From contig JALDZX010000052.1 in the NCBI GenBank assembly GCA_022813865.1, positions 1-64,000 of the forward strand: a stretch of DNA of 64,000 nt. Reading direction: 5' to 3'. Of this stretch, positions 1-11,444 are shown one piece after another. Under the pieces are notes generated by a model. It ran no database searches and had not been told where the DNA came from. It saw only the letters and a program-made list of their open reading frames with translations. Every line of letters begins with the position of its first letter. Within the stretch, counting starts at the first letter, position 1. Position numbers and translations under genes: made by a program. The stretch is from Xylographa opegraphella. Taxonomy: Eukaryota.

Positions 1-3
1 AAA

Positions 4-62
<59 letters not shown>

Positions 63-63
63 A
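1..63. repeat. (AAAT)n microsatellite
   Basis: Perfect AAAT tandem run from window start. Confidence 0.95.
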
Positions 64-420
64 TTAATGAAAATAAATAAAATATTATAATTATAAAAAC
101 AAAATAGGTTTATAAATCGAAAAAAAAATTTATTAATTTTTTTTATATAATCATTAAATAAATTTCTTGGAAAATTAATTGAAGTTGATATCACAAGGGC
201 GTATAAATATTATTATTTATATTTTCGATTTGAATTTAAATTATCGTTAATATATTTTTTGTATTTTATTTTTTATTTTTTTCGTCGAGAGAACAGCGTT
301 GACTCGATGTATATAAATTTAAATATTTGAAATTATTTTCTCTCGATTTGTCGAAAATGATTTATTATTAATATTTATCAATATAATTAATTGTTTCGCA
401 ATGACAAATAGTCAAGTTTT
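1..420. repeat. AT-rich RIP-like degraded repeat DNA
   Basis: Extremely AT-rich, no ORFs; 152-215 is similar to 6180-6243. Confidence 0.7.
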
Positions 421-490
421 TCATACTGTTGTCGAGGGTTTTTATTGTTTGTTTGCAACTGCATAGCAATCAAGCGTTCATGAATAGTAA

Positions 491-2325
491 TCATTTAACC
501 CCAATCGCGCGGTTTAAGGATACGACATTCCGTAAGGAGCCAAAACTCAGAACATCTCCAATTCTCTTGGCTCCTGACATCAGCATGCAAAGTCTGTCGA
601 TCCCGCAACCAAAACCTCCTGTGGGAGGAAGACCCCATTCAAGCGCATCTAAATAGCTCTCGTCTATAATAAAGCCGCTCTCTCCAGTTCGATGACTATT
701 TTGCTCCAAAAATTTTCTTCTTTGCTCAAATGGTGAGTTCTCTTCCTCATACATGTTAGCTATTTCCTGCGAGTTGATAAAAAGTTCTGCGCTTGCTGCT
801 ACCCGCTGAGAGTTCTTCGGGTGGAGAAAAGACTTTGCAAGGGGCGACAGGCACTCCGGGTGATGCACAATGAAAGTTGGCTTCTGGCACTGTGGCTCAA
901 GGTACGTAGCAGAAAGGCGATCGAGCATCTGGGGAAGAGTGAGAGATGAGGGCATGGCGATAGCCCGATCACGCAATATCTTTGCAACCTTGACGTCGGC
1001 GTCTGGTAGCAAGAGGTTCGGCAATTGCTGGTTAATTGCAGTCTCCACTCCGTTGATGAAATCGATCCGCTTGAAAGGTGCCTTAATACAGGTCAAAGCA
1101 GGGTTTAAAGAGGGGAATGATTCAGCGACCACTAGTTCCACATGGTTTGCCAAACCCGCAAACATATTCTCGGTCATTCCGATTAGGTCCTCAAGACCAA
1201 AGTATGTTCTATAGAACTCGCATGTCGTGAACTCGGGGTTATGCATTAGATCAAGGCCTGTGAGGATGAGCATGCAGAGGATTTTGGGGTGTCCCTCGTG
1301 TTGTTGAGTTACCTTCATTCCTGAATGATGGACCGATTTCAAACACTCTATCAAAGCCCCCAATAACCATACGTTTCAGCCACAATTCCGGTGCTATTCG
1401 CAAAGAGATAACTCGATCCGGAAATTCAGTAGCAGCTGTTCGAAAAGGTCTAGCAACAGCACCACCAGTACCTTCTGCCAGGATTGGTGTTTGCACTTCA
1501 ACATAGTCGCTTCGTAGTAGATACTGGCGCAGGTACTCTATTATCTTAGCTCTGAGACGAAGGATATCTATAGTTCGGTTGTTGACTAAAAAGTCGACGT
1601 GACGATTACGAACTCTTGTCTCACGATCTTGGAGGTGTGTCGGAAGTCGACGAAGACATGGCGAAAGTAAACATGGCAGCTGGCGAACAAGTAAAGACAG
1701 CTCTCCTCTTTGTGTCCTATGAGGGAATCCATTGATGCCTGATTCGTGCGTAAGTACGTACTTCAACTCTAGTAAGGAGTCATTATAAAGCAGACTTACT
1801 CAAGATATCCCCTCTACGAATCGTCTGGTAGAAGCGTTTGAATTCCTCAATGGTAACTCCGGCTTCAGAGAGCACCTGATAGTTACACAGAGACTGTACA
1901 TGTTGCCCGTCCTGTACCAGGTCGAAGAAAACCAGTTTGGAACCAGCGACACGGATAGCATTTACTCTTCCTGGCAATGTAAGAGCTCGGACAACTGAGT
2001 ACTATGTGTACAACACACCTTGAAGGCTGATTTCACATGCATCACTTCTTTGTTGGTTGTACTTCAGTGCTTTAAATTCTTGGTTAAAGGCACCACAGGT
2101 CATATCCCGGGATTTTGACACTATGCGGGGATAAAGCTCTGTAAGCCTGTTGAGGTCCTCAAGTCGCTCCTTGGCTTCGGGATACCTAGTCCAAAGATTG
2201 GAATGCGCTTCTGGACTTGCAGCATTTCTGAAACTCAAAGAGTGAAAGGAATGAGCGTATCGAGACGGAAGCGGCCTGGAAATCGTGGGACTGAATAGGC
2301 GTAGGAGCGGCATGCATGCCCTCAT
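491..2325 (-). CDS. MSK1: Lysyl-tRNA synthetase, class II, probably mitochondrial (4 exons)
   Basis: OB-fold exon (GRVNAIRVAGSKLVFFDL), LRIAPELWLKRMVIGGFDRVFEIGPSFRNEG, HNPEFTTCEFY, motif 3 WGLPPTGGFGCGIDRL; Arg/Ser-rich N-terminus like a mitochondrial presequence. Confidence 0.9.
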
Positions 2326-3105
2326 ATCACTGTAGAGACAGACGTAATTAGCAAAGTTATCTGCATAAGAACAAAGAACGAATTAAGAGTTCATAATGAG
2401 GTCCGATGAGAACCAGGCTTCATTCCTAATGGTCCTTAATGATGTGTATTCCTTAAGACTCAAGGGTAGGCTAGAGATACGGACAAAATGCTGGTTGGGC
2501 GTTTACATACAGACGGGCGAAGCTTTGGGCTGCCTAAAGCCCACGTATCTCTCCAAAAGTGAACAGTATATGTCAAGTTTCTGTCTATCCCTTGAATGTT
2601 TTTAGATAGCATAAGCACTACGAAGGAGCTCGTATTAATTAAGCGATAGGCGCACAGACCATCCGCCCCCAAAAAGCCCGCATTTTGGGCCTCCCCCCTA
2701 TTATTCTGTTACAATTTTATTCTTTATGCAGCATAAAATCCTTCGAAAAACCAAAGGCGAGCAGCCCTATATTTTAAAAATATTTCGAACGAAATTATAT
2801 TTAATTCAACGCGCAATTGCATGTATATTAATTTATTATAACGATTAATTATAAAATTAAATTACTCGACTTTTTAATCGCCGCTAAAGTTTAATTTTTA
2901 CGATATTAAATAAAGTAAAAATTAAAATAAAAAATTGAATTTTATTATATTAAATTTAAAAATTTATAAAAATATTTCAAATCGTGGCCGTAAACTTCTT
3001 TTAAATAATACTTCAATTTTTTGCAATTTTTTTATATAAAAATGGAGAGCATCGCGATGAACTCGCTTTAAATTATATTTAATAAAATAAATAAAATATT
3101 TAAAG

Positions 3106-3527
3106 AGTTGAAATGAATGGGTGGAATCAGTATGGTGGAACCTGTGACGGCTATGACATCAGTCACGGGTAATAGGGGTCGGGCTGGATCACGACTAGCA
3201 CCTTTAGTATATAGTCTCGCCCATGGAGCAGCCTCACCGCTTCTCCATCTTAATCTNNNNNNNNNNNNNNNNNNNNNNNNNNNNNNNNNNNNNNNNNNNN
3301 NNNNNNNNNNNNNNNNNNNNNNNNNNNNNNNNNNNNNNNNNNNNNNNNNNNNNNNNNNNNNNNNNNNNNNNNNNNNNNNNNNNNNNNNNNNNNNNNNNNN
3401 NNNNNNGTGACGCTAGTGCGCGAGCATATAGTCTCGTAGTTGTTCATAGCTAATACAACACACTTGTTTACCCATATATTCTGCTAGAATGACCACTGCG
3501 CTTCAGTACCCATCGTACCTTTCAACA
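3106..3527. mobile_element. Probable solo LTR (gap-containing)
   Basis: Normal-GC island in AT-rich DNA bounded by AGTTGAAA...TTTCAACA (near-perfect TG..CA inverted ends); no matching TSD seen. Confidence 0.5.
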
Positions 3528-4429
3528 ATAACGATATTATAAACGACGAAAACTATTATAAATTTAGAAAAAAAATAATTTTAAATGTTCAAATTACTAC
3601 AAAGTTAAAATAAAACGATATATGCGAAATATAAAATTAAAAACGCGGTATTAATATTAACGATATTGAAATTAAACAATTTTATTTAAAAAGCGATTTT
3701 CGCAAAAATAAAATAAAGATAGAATACAATAATTAAATTAATTATTATACACGAGACGACAATATAGTATAAATAAAATAATATTAAAAAATTAATAAAA
3801 ATAAAAAACGACTTAAAATTTTATAAAAATCAAGGGCTACGAAATATAATAAAAAAAATAATATAAAAATACTGTAAATAAAGATATTTGTACTCTCGAT
3901 TAAATTATATTTTAATAAAATTTAAAATTACGCGATTTTATATATATAAAATATAAATAAAACGCAAAAAATAAATAAAACTTACAATAAAAATAAAAAT
4001 AAAATAAAAATAAAAATTCGATCAAAAATAAATAACCTCGATCAAAATATATAACCTCGAACAAAAAAAATAATTTTAAAAAAAATAATAAATAAAAATA
4101 TTATATTATTAAACGCGAAAAACGTATATATAACGTTATTTGAAAATATTATAATAACCGTTTATTGAAACGAATAAATTAAAAAATAAATTAAATATTA
4201 AAAAAGCGAGCAAAATATCGACGTAACGCTATTTTTTAATAAAAAACGGTAAAATTAAAAAACGAGTTATATAAAATAAAAAATACGTTAATAATATATA
4301 TTAAAATAAAAAATATATTTAAAAATATATTTCTCGTTAAAATGAATTCCCGATTATAAATTATAATTTAAAATAAAAAATTATAATTAGTTATAAACAA
4401 CTTGATACGTATTAATATAATATATACAT

Positions 4430-5625
4430 TGCGACATGAGTTGAATTGGGCTGAATTATTGAGTGAATAATTCAACCCACCCTGAGTTGAATTATTTGTG
4501 AGTTGAATTGGGTTTTTTCTTAAATTGAGCTGAGTTAAACTGGGTTAACCCAGTCGCATAATTATATAAAATTATATTATGCATAAAATTTGTATAATAA
4601 ATATTTATAACTATTTTTATAGTAGTCGCGAATTTTTACGCCTGCGTGGCCTGCGCGCATTTTATCATGATGAGCGCATTTCGCAGGCCTGCGCGAATTT
4701 ATTAATGGGCGAATTTCGCAGGTTTGTATTATAAACCTGCGTTGTAAAGTGCAACGCAGAATTCGAAATTCTTCGTTTACAATATTTTAATTTTAAAAAT
4801 CGAATTTTAAAAGAATTAATTTTAAAAAGATTAATTTTAAAAATCGAATTTTAAAAGAATTAATTTTAAAAAGATTAATTTTAAAAANNNNNNNNNNNNN
4901 NNNNNNNNNNNNNNNNNNNNNNNNNNNNNNNNNATTAATTTTAAAAAGATTAATTTTAAAAAGATTAATTTTAAAAAGATTAATTTTAAAAAGATTAATC
5001 TTAAACGACGTTAATTTGAGGTATAATTTACGCAAGCTTTACGATATTTGATTAATTATAATTTTTAGCGTTCGGCAAAAATCTCCCGATTTAAATAAAC
5101 CAAATTTTTATTAAATTGTAAAAATAATAATAATAAAAAATGCAACGCAAAATGCGCGCATGCTCGCAGAATGCACGCAGGCTCGCAGAATACGTATAAA
5201 TTTATATAATTCGCTTAACATAATATAATGCACGCAGGTTACGCAGGCTCGCAAACTCGCAGGCGTAGCGAATATACACGCAGGCTACGCAGGCCCGCAG
5301 GCGTGGTGAATGCGTGCAGGCCTGCGAAATGCGCCTATCATGGTGAAATGCGCGCAGGCCATGCAGGCCCACAGGCCACGCAGGCGTAAAAATTCGCGAC
5401 TACTATAAAAATGGCTATAAAAATATATTATATAAACTTTATGCATAGTATAAATTTTATGCATAGTATAAATTTTATGTAATTATGCGACTGGGTTAAC
5501 CCGACCCAACCCAGAACCCAACTCAGAAAATTGGGTTGGGTCGGGACCCCCCTGAATCCAACCCAGAACCCAACCCAGACCCAACCCAATCCATAACCCA
5601 GTGGGTTAACCCAACCCATGCCGCA
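4430..5625. mobile_element. Non-autonomous fold-back / MITE-like element with long inverted arms
   Basis: Perfect 34-bp inverted pair 4620-4653 / 5372-5405; GGGTTAACCCAGTCGCATAATTA at 4542 inverted at 5480-5502; outer ends TGCGACATGAGTT / AACCCATGCCGCA; GGGTT/AACCC subrepeats. Confidence 0.75.
4786..5005. repeat. 15-bp minisatellite (ATTAATTTTAAAAAG)n, gap inside
   Basis: Direct tandem copies on both sides of the N-run. Confidence 0.9.
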
Positions 5626-5806
5626 GCATAATAATATAATATTTAAACGACGTTAAAAAACGTATAAAAACGATTTAAATATTATTAAACCCATAAATTA
5701 TTAAAAATTAATTAAATTTATTACGAAATTTCGAGCGACGATTCAAATATTAATATATATAAAATTATTAAAATAATTTTTAATAACGAAAATACTTTTT
5801 TACGAA

Positions 5807-6054
5807 TGTAACGGCGTGTTACATGGCACCTTAACAAGTGATAGACGGAACGGGACTAAAGCGCGTCCGGGACTNAAGCGCGTCCGGGACTCAGGCTAGT
5901 TCGAAAGCGGTTAGGAGTCTTGGCGTTAGCACTGTTTATTTTAACTTCTACGTGTATTACTAAACTTGCTTCCTTATATTATTCTAGGTTGAAATCGCTC
6001 ACCTATAGCTGAGGTTCTAGGCCTGCTTTTCTGGTGAGATAGCGAGCCGTAACA
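5807..6054. mobile_element. Solo LTR with 5-bp target-site duplication
   Basis: Begins TGTAACGGC, ends GCCGTAACA; flanked on both sides by ACGAA (5802-5806 and 6055-6059). Confidence 0.85.
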
Positions 6055-6975
6055 ACGAAAGCGATTAAATTAATAAATAAAGTAATATAAAATATATAAA
6101 ATAACGCAATCGCGATAATAAATATATATTTTTAAATCGAAAGTGTGGTTTTTCCTCCAGAAAGTTCTATTTATATAGCCATTAAATAGATTCCCCGATA
6201 GGTCGACTAAAGTCGATGTCACAAGGGTGTATAAATATTATTACACTCTTGCCACAGATTAGAAGTCGACTATGCAGTAGGTAAGGCTTTCATTTTCATT
6301 GTTGATAATCTATCTGAAGTCGAGTCTCCTCGTGATCTTCCCATCAAATGACTTCCTCGTCAAGAGGACGAAGATGCAGAGCTCGTCAACCGAGCACGAC
6401 TGACGACTCTGGGCCTTTCGGAGAGCCACTTGGAGCCGATTTGCCGTGCTCCGTAGTTGAAGCGGATTGACTCTTCGTTTCCCCCAGCGGCCCGATCATC
6501 CGGCAGAAGCTTGGATATTCCACCGGAACAGCTCGATGCTTGACTCGACTCTACGGACGGACTGGTGTTCTATGGATGCTCTGGCAGAGGTGGTAATGCG
6601 GGGTAGCATCCCCACGAGCTTCGGATATTACTACTGGCTATCTCTAGGTACCTTACCTACTACTACTGACTCGAGCTAACCCCCGAGTGGTCGCTCGACA
6701 AGATAGAAAGTGTATCTCGGTTGACTTCCCATTATTGCTGTGGTCGATGGCTCAGGTCTGACTCTGTGCCCGCTAGGCGGCCGTTCCGTAGGCCGGGTAT
6801 CGTGGTTGTTATACTGGAGTTTATTGACGGATTTATTGCTGACTACCGATGGTACCTGTGATTGCGTGATGCCTTTATCCGGCTGAAAAAGTTATATCTC
6901 CGTATTCTCGCTGCGTTTTACTGCCCCATTTCTTGCCTTCCAATTCTTCCACTAGCACTATTGCGCATTTTGAAT

Positions 6976-8119
6976 ATGGCCGAAGATCGTCCAATCCTAT
7001 CCCAAGAAGACGTTGAACACTTTCTCACCCACGGCTGGGTTCGCGTAACTGACTGCTTCCCACGCTCGCGTGCTGAAGAATGGACTTCCAATCTTTGGGT
7101 ACGATTGGGTATGGACCCCAATGACAAAAGCACCTGGAATAAAGAGCGGATCAACATGCCTCATCACAAGTCGATGGCCATTTCTGAGATCGCCCCACGA
7201 GCCTGGCAAGCCAGCTGTGAACTGTGTGAGAATTTTCGGGCATGCGCCACTCTGAATGACTAACTGCTAACATCCAATCATCGTAGTGGGTGGTGCTGAC
7301 CGCATCAAGCATAACGAAGACGGATCGACGCCCACGTGGAATGATGGTCTTATTGTGAATCTTGGTACCGACGAACGAGCTGGGAAGATGGTGGAGGGCA
7401 AAGAACTAACTAACTGGCATGTGGATGGCGATTTCTTCATACACTTTCTCGACAGCGGCGAACAAGGCCTGTTACTCATTCCGCTATTCTCTGACATCTT
7501 GCCCGGTGGTGGAGGCACAATGATATGCCCCGAGGGTATCAAGAAAATAGCGAACCATCTGGTAACGGCTCCGCTTAAGCTTCTTGCTCAGCAAACCGCA
7601 GCGGCGAAGGGGTTTAACTTTATGCTAATCAGCATATAGTTTGAACATCCCGAAGGAGTAACTCCACGGATGGCACCTCGAGGACAAAGGCCAAAAGTTG
7701 AGCCGGAAGGACTGAACTGGTATATCGAAACAATTCAGTCATGCGACAACTTCGTCGAAGCCTACGGAAATGTTGGGGATGTCTATCTGCTGCATCCACT
7801 TATGCTACACTCGGCATCCAACAACAGTCTACGAATACCGCGAATTATCATAAACCCACCCGTGTCTTTGAAAGAGCCATTTAATTTCGACCGAGAGAAT
7901 GCGGAGGATTATAGTATTGTGGAGAGGAAGACGCTTCGGGAGCTCGGCAAAGGGCGATTGAGCGGATGGAAGATTAGGGGGGGAAGAGACGCTGTTGTTC
8001 CGGCCCGATTAAAACCACAGGCAAAGATGATGGAGGAGGAACTGAAGCGCTTGGCGGTGACGAAGCAGCAACAGCACAAGCTTCAGACGACTGATAACAG
8101 AATACAGCCTCCGGTTTAG
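6976..8119 (+). CDS. Phytanoyl-CoA dioxygenase (PhyH)-like conserved fungal protein (3 exons)
   Basis: LSQEDVEHFLTHGWV start, WHVDGD (HxD) and distal LLHPLMLHSAS His; introns near 7225-7287 and 7562-7639. Confidence 0.7.
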
Positions 8120-8423
8120 TCGTTGGGATCTATGTCTCATTCAATACCTATGTTTTGTCCTCTGATTAAGCACCGGAAACAATGGTAGATTTGAAGATAT
8201 TTTTTGTTTTAAATTCTAGCAATACGAAAGTCATATGATTCACCGCGCAAGAGTAGAAAACTTCACAATTTCTGAGACGATTTCTTAGTGTACTTTTATT
8301 ATGCATACATGAGATGTCTCCGCCAAACACCATGACCATACCTCGGTGATAGCTGTTGATAAATGCTACCAAAACTGCCATGTGAAACACCCAAATGTTC
8401 CCCGACGCCAACTGCACCAAGCG

Positions 8424-9866
8424 TTAACCGATGTGGGGATATCGGGGGAGGATTCTAGACCGTCGTTGAATCGTGCCAGACGTACAATTCGACCTACTGA
8501 TCAGTGGTGCTGAACTCGCAGAAGGTGCCAATCCGACTGAAGCCGCGGACGCGGAGGCCAGAGGAGCAACAGCCGACGTGGTAACGGATGCAGCAGATGG
8601 CGTAGCCATGGAAGCAGGCACAGAGGTGGCTGAAGCGGCAGGAGTGGAAGCGACCGACACCGGGGATGTCACATATACTGTGGGGGTGACAGTGACAGTA
8701 GACTGTAGCATTGAGGCGTTGAAGTCTGCCGAAAGGAGAGCTGTGCCAGCCATTATGCTTCGTGGAGTATTTGCCGCTGCGGTTGCAGGCACCAAGACTG
8801 TTGTCATCAGAGTCGTGATCGGATACACTGTGACGAATGAGTTTCCGGCTGATGACCCTTGCGCCACGGCTGTGGCTGGGGCAGCGTTCATCGTTGGAGA
8901 TGTAGCAGCCGGTGCGGTGGATTTTGTGACCAAGCCGGCGCTGCTTTTTACTGGGGTTGAGGCAAGAAAGTTGGAGCCTGCATCGAGGATGGACACATAG
9001 CTTGGAATGGCGGCATTGTTGATTGGCTGGTCATCGATGTATGAAGAAACATCATTTTGTGTCATCGGAGAACCGGCAGCAGTGACGTCGATATCCATAC
9101 AAGAGGTATAAATCTCTTCCTTCCCGGTAGGAAGACTAGGGTCAGCCCCTGCGGCAGTTGGCCAGTCCCAGACCCAGTACAGGGTGTAAGGCTTACCCGC
9201 TTCTGCATCTGAGGGTAGCAGAATATCGTTCTGGCACCACAAGTTGGCGCCCATCGGGTTGCTCGGCGCAAATTTGAACTCTGCCTGGCGAGCGACTGAA
9301 ATGTTCCCTCCGTTGATCTGATAACAACGACCATCATCAAAATATTGAGTCGCTAGAAGCTTTCCCTGCTTATTACCGCCAGTCCCATCCGTGGTCCAGC
9401 TTCGGTGTACATTCAAGAGAGAATCATTTTCCTGAGCAGAGGAGGTCCCATAGATGTATACAAGCCCACCATGAGGTGGCTTTCCCGGTTGATTGTTTGG
9501 AAGTGAGACGTGGCCATTTTCTTGGTACTGGAGTGCGATTTTTGATCCGACCGTGGCTTGCAGTCTGGGATTGCCGGTCGTCTGGTTGGTTTGAGAGCTT
9601 TGGCTAGATTTGCACAACGGGTCCGTCGCTAATATGAGGCTTTGATTTTGTCGCCCATTCGGTGGCACCAGGTAGTCGTCTTCACCATCACTAAAGCCAG
9701 GAGTACTGCGTGAGACATATCCACGAATGAAACCTGGGTTCCCTACAAGGGTTCCGTTTGGGTGGATAAGCATAAGCTGTTCCACCCATGAGTGGGCACT
9801 AACGGATTCGAAAAGGCCAATGAACACCGCCAGGGCGCATATTCCGGTACGAGTAGATGGTCGCAT
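8424..9866 (-). CDS. Secreted protein with His1 after signal peptide, LPMO-like domain plus Ser/Thr/Ala-rich tail
   Basis: MRPSTRTGICALAVFIGLFESVSA|HSW; ENGHV second His; EEIYTSCMDIDV; low-complexity C-terminal half. Confidence 0.75.
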   Translation of the reverse strand: MRPSTRTGICALAVFIGLFESVSAHSWVEQLMLIHPNGTLVGNPGFIRGYVSRSTPGFSDGEDDYLVPPNGRQNQSLILATDPLCKSSQSSQTNQTTGNPRLQATVGSKIALQYQENGHVSLPNNQPGKPPHGGLVYIYGTSSAQENDSLLNVHRSWTTDGTGGNKQGKLLATQYFDDGRCYQINGGNISVARQAEFKFAPSNPMGANLWCQNDILLPSDAEAGKPYTLYWVWDWPTAAGADPSLPTGKEEIYTSCMDIDVTAAGSPMTQNDVSSYIDDQPINNAAIPSYVSILDAGSNFLASTPVKSSAGLVTKSTAPAATSPTMNAAPATAVAQGSSAGNSFVTVYPITTLMTTVLVPATAAANTPRSIMAGTALLSADFNASMLQSTVTVTPTVYVTSPVSVASTPAASATSVPASMATPSAASVTTSAVAPLASASAASVGLAPSASSAPLISRSNCTSGTIQRRSRILPRYPHIG

Positions 9867-11444
9867 TATGTTGGATGCAGACGAAGTGCGGAGTCTCTCA
9901 AGGTCGAAGCAACTCAAGGACTTCTTGAGGGTTTGAAAGATGTGGGAGGTTCGAAAGGTGTGTGTTTCGAAAGGTGTGAGTTGCGAACGGTGCGAGGTTC
10001 GAAAAGTGCGAGAGGTCGTAAGGTTAAAAAGAGCTTGAGAAGTTGGACACTTTCCTGAAAGTTCGATTACCAGAGGTTTCTGGTTGAGAAGAGTCTTCGG
10101 ATTGCTAGATACTGAGTAATAGAGCTGGACGTGACTGATGGAGATGACTCTGGAGTTAACGCTATCGAAAGTTGACGCCAGCGTCTCTATATATATTACA
10201 GGAATAGATTATAAAAACGAACAAAACAGAACAATGGATAGACGACATTGTTCAGCCATTGTCTTCGACAACAAGGCGTTATGGGCTCGGAGAGTAAGAA
10301 ATTCGTGAAAGCATTGCAGAGCGATAAGCGGATTGTGAAGGCGAACAAGCACGGATATGAGGGATGTGAATACGGTTCACATAGTCAGAAGAGTCATCGA
10401 CGACAACCTTTGTCACGATCGAGGAAGGCGAACAGCAACCAATCGCCAGCTCATCGATTGTTATCCCAAGACAACAAGGCTGTTTCGCCAGATTACGAAA
10501 CAAAGATCAATATTCTTACCACCATACAAAGGTCTTCAGCAGAGGCTCGGCACCCTTTCAAGCTAAGGAGGGAAAGCTTTGGGGACCAAAGGATGGCGGA
10601 AGATGTGCGGTCGCGAGGCAAGATGTGGCGCGTACCCTTGCACCTTCCAGCTTCATCTGTCACGTTCCATCGAGGACGGTTCGGTCTACACGATGATGGC
10701 CCGAGCAGCGACATTCGTTGTTTCACACATCGACCGCTCGATCGTTCGTGGGTCTCGCGGTGGTGGTGAAGAACGGAGCGTGACACTCTCGACAGTGTTG
10801 CTACCCTTTCGGGTTAGTCGATGTTTGAGGACGCGCCCCGATGCATCATCAATTCGGACGCGCTTCCTCACCCCACCCGAACTTTGGTTGGCCTGCTGAC
10901 TGCTGTTCGATTTCCACCTTTCCGTTTGCCTGGAGGCTGGAGGTCGCTGGTCTGGAGAGCACGACCGATGCAGAATGTGCCTACGGTGGTCTAAGGTACC
11001 TCGGTACTACGGAGTACTGTTACTCCCTCCACGCCCGTTCCCTTAACCGAAGGAGTCCACCGTGAGGAGATCGCTCGCTCAAATCATGCGTACATCGTGG
11101 GACGCCTCACAGAAAAGGTCGATTTAGCGGACCCCGCTTCAATCGTGTATTACAGTAAGGTACCTAAGGTAGGTACTCCGTACCACAGTAAGGTAGACTG
11201 AGGCCCGATATTCTCCCGTGGCGGAAAAACAAGGGTGACAATCTAGCGTCTGACTCCCCCCACCCCAACTGGCCCCTCTTCCACCCTGGAGCAAGCAATC
11301 TGCAATGAAATACAAATACAAATACAAATACCTGGGGTAGCTAGGCAACCTTCGTTCCACTCGAGCGTCGTCGTGCCGTACCAGTCGTTTGTCTTGCTTT
11401 TTCTCACCGACCTAGAGAGCAATGTGAGTCCCTGATACAGAAAC

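Larger units (their letters stand above)
2630..6243. mobile_element. AT-rich block of nested, RIP-like mutated transposon relics with assembly gaps
   Basis: Very low GC, no intact ORFs, N-gaps at 3257-3406 and 4888-4933, embedded LTR-like and inverted-repeat structures. Confidence 0.8.

Noticed and set aside
491..2325. Lysyl-tRNA synthetase as cluster self-resistance gene (cladosporin-like)
   Set aside because: Mitochondrial-type, 18 kb from the cluster with unrelated genes between
4793..5035. (FKINL)n ORF
   Set aside because: Translation of a 15-bp AT-rich minisatellite across an N-gap
5492..5620. CCCAA/GGGTT repeats as a telomere
   Set aside because: Not TTAGGG, irregular, internal, and part of the fold-back element arm
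9945..10015. Degenerate 16-bp TTCGAAAG repeats upstream of the LPMO-like gene
   Set aside because: Short and imperfect; no support for function; not CRISPR-like (no spacers, eukaryotic context)
10248..11065. Overlapping ORFs between LPMO-like and MBL genes
   Set aside because: No recognisable motifs; probably divergent promoter/UTR DNA
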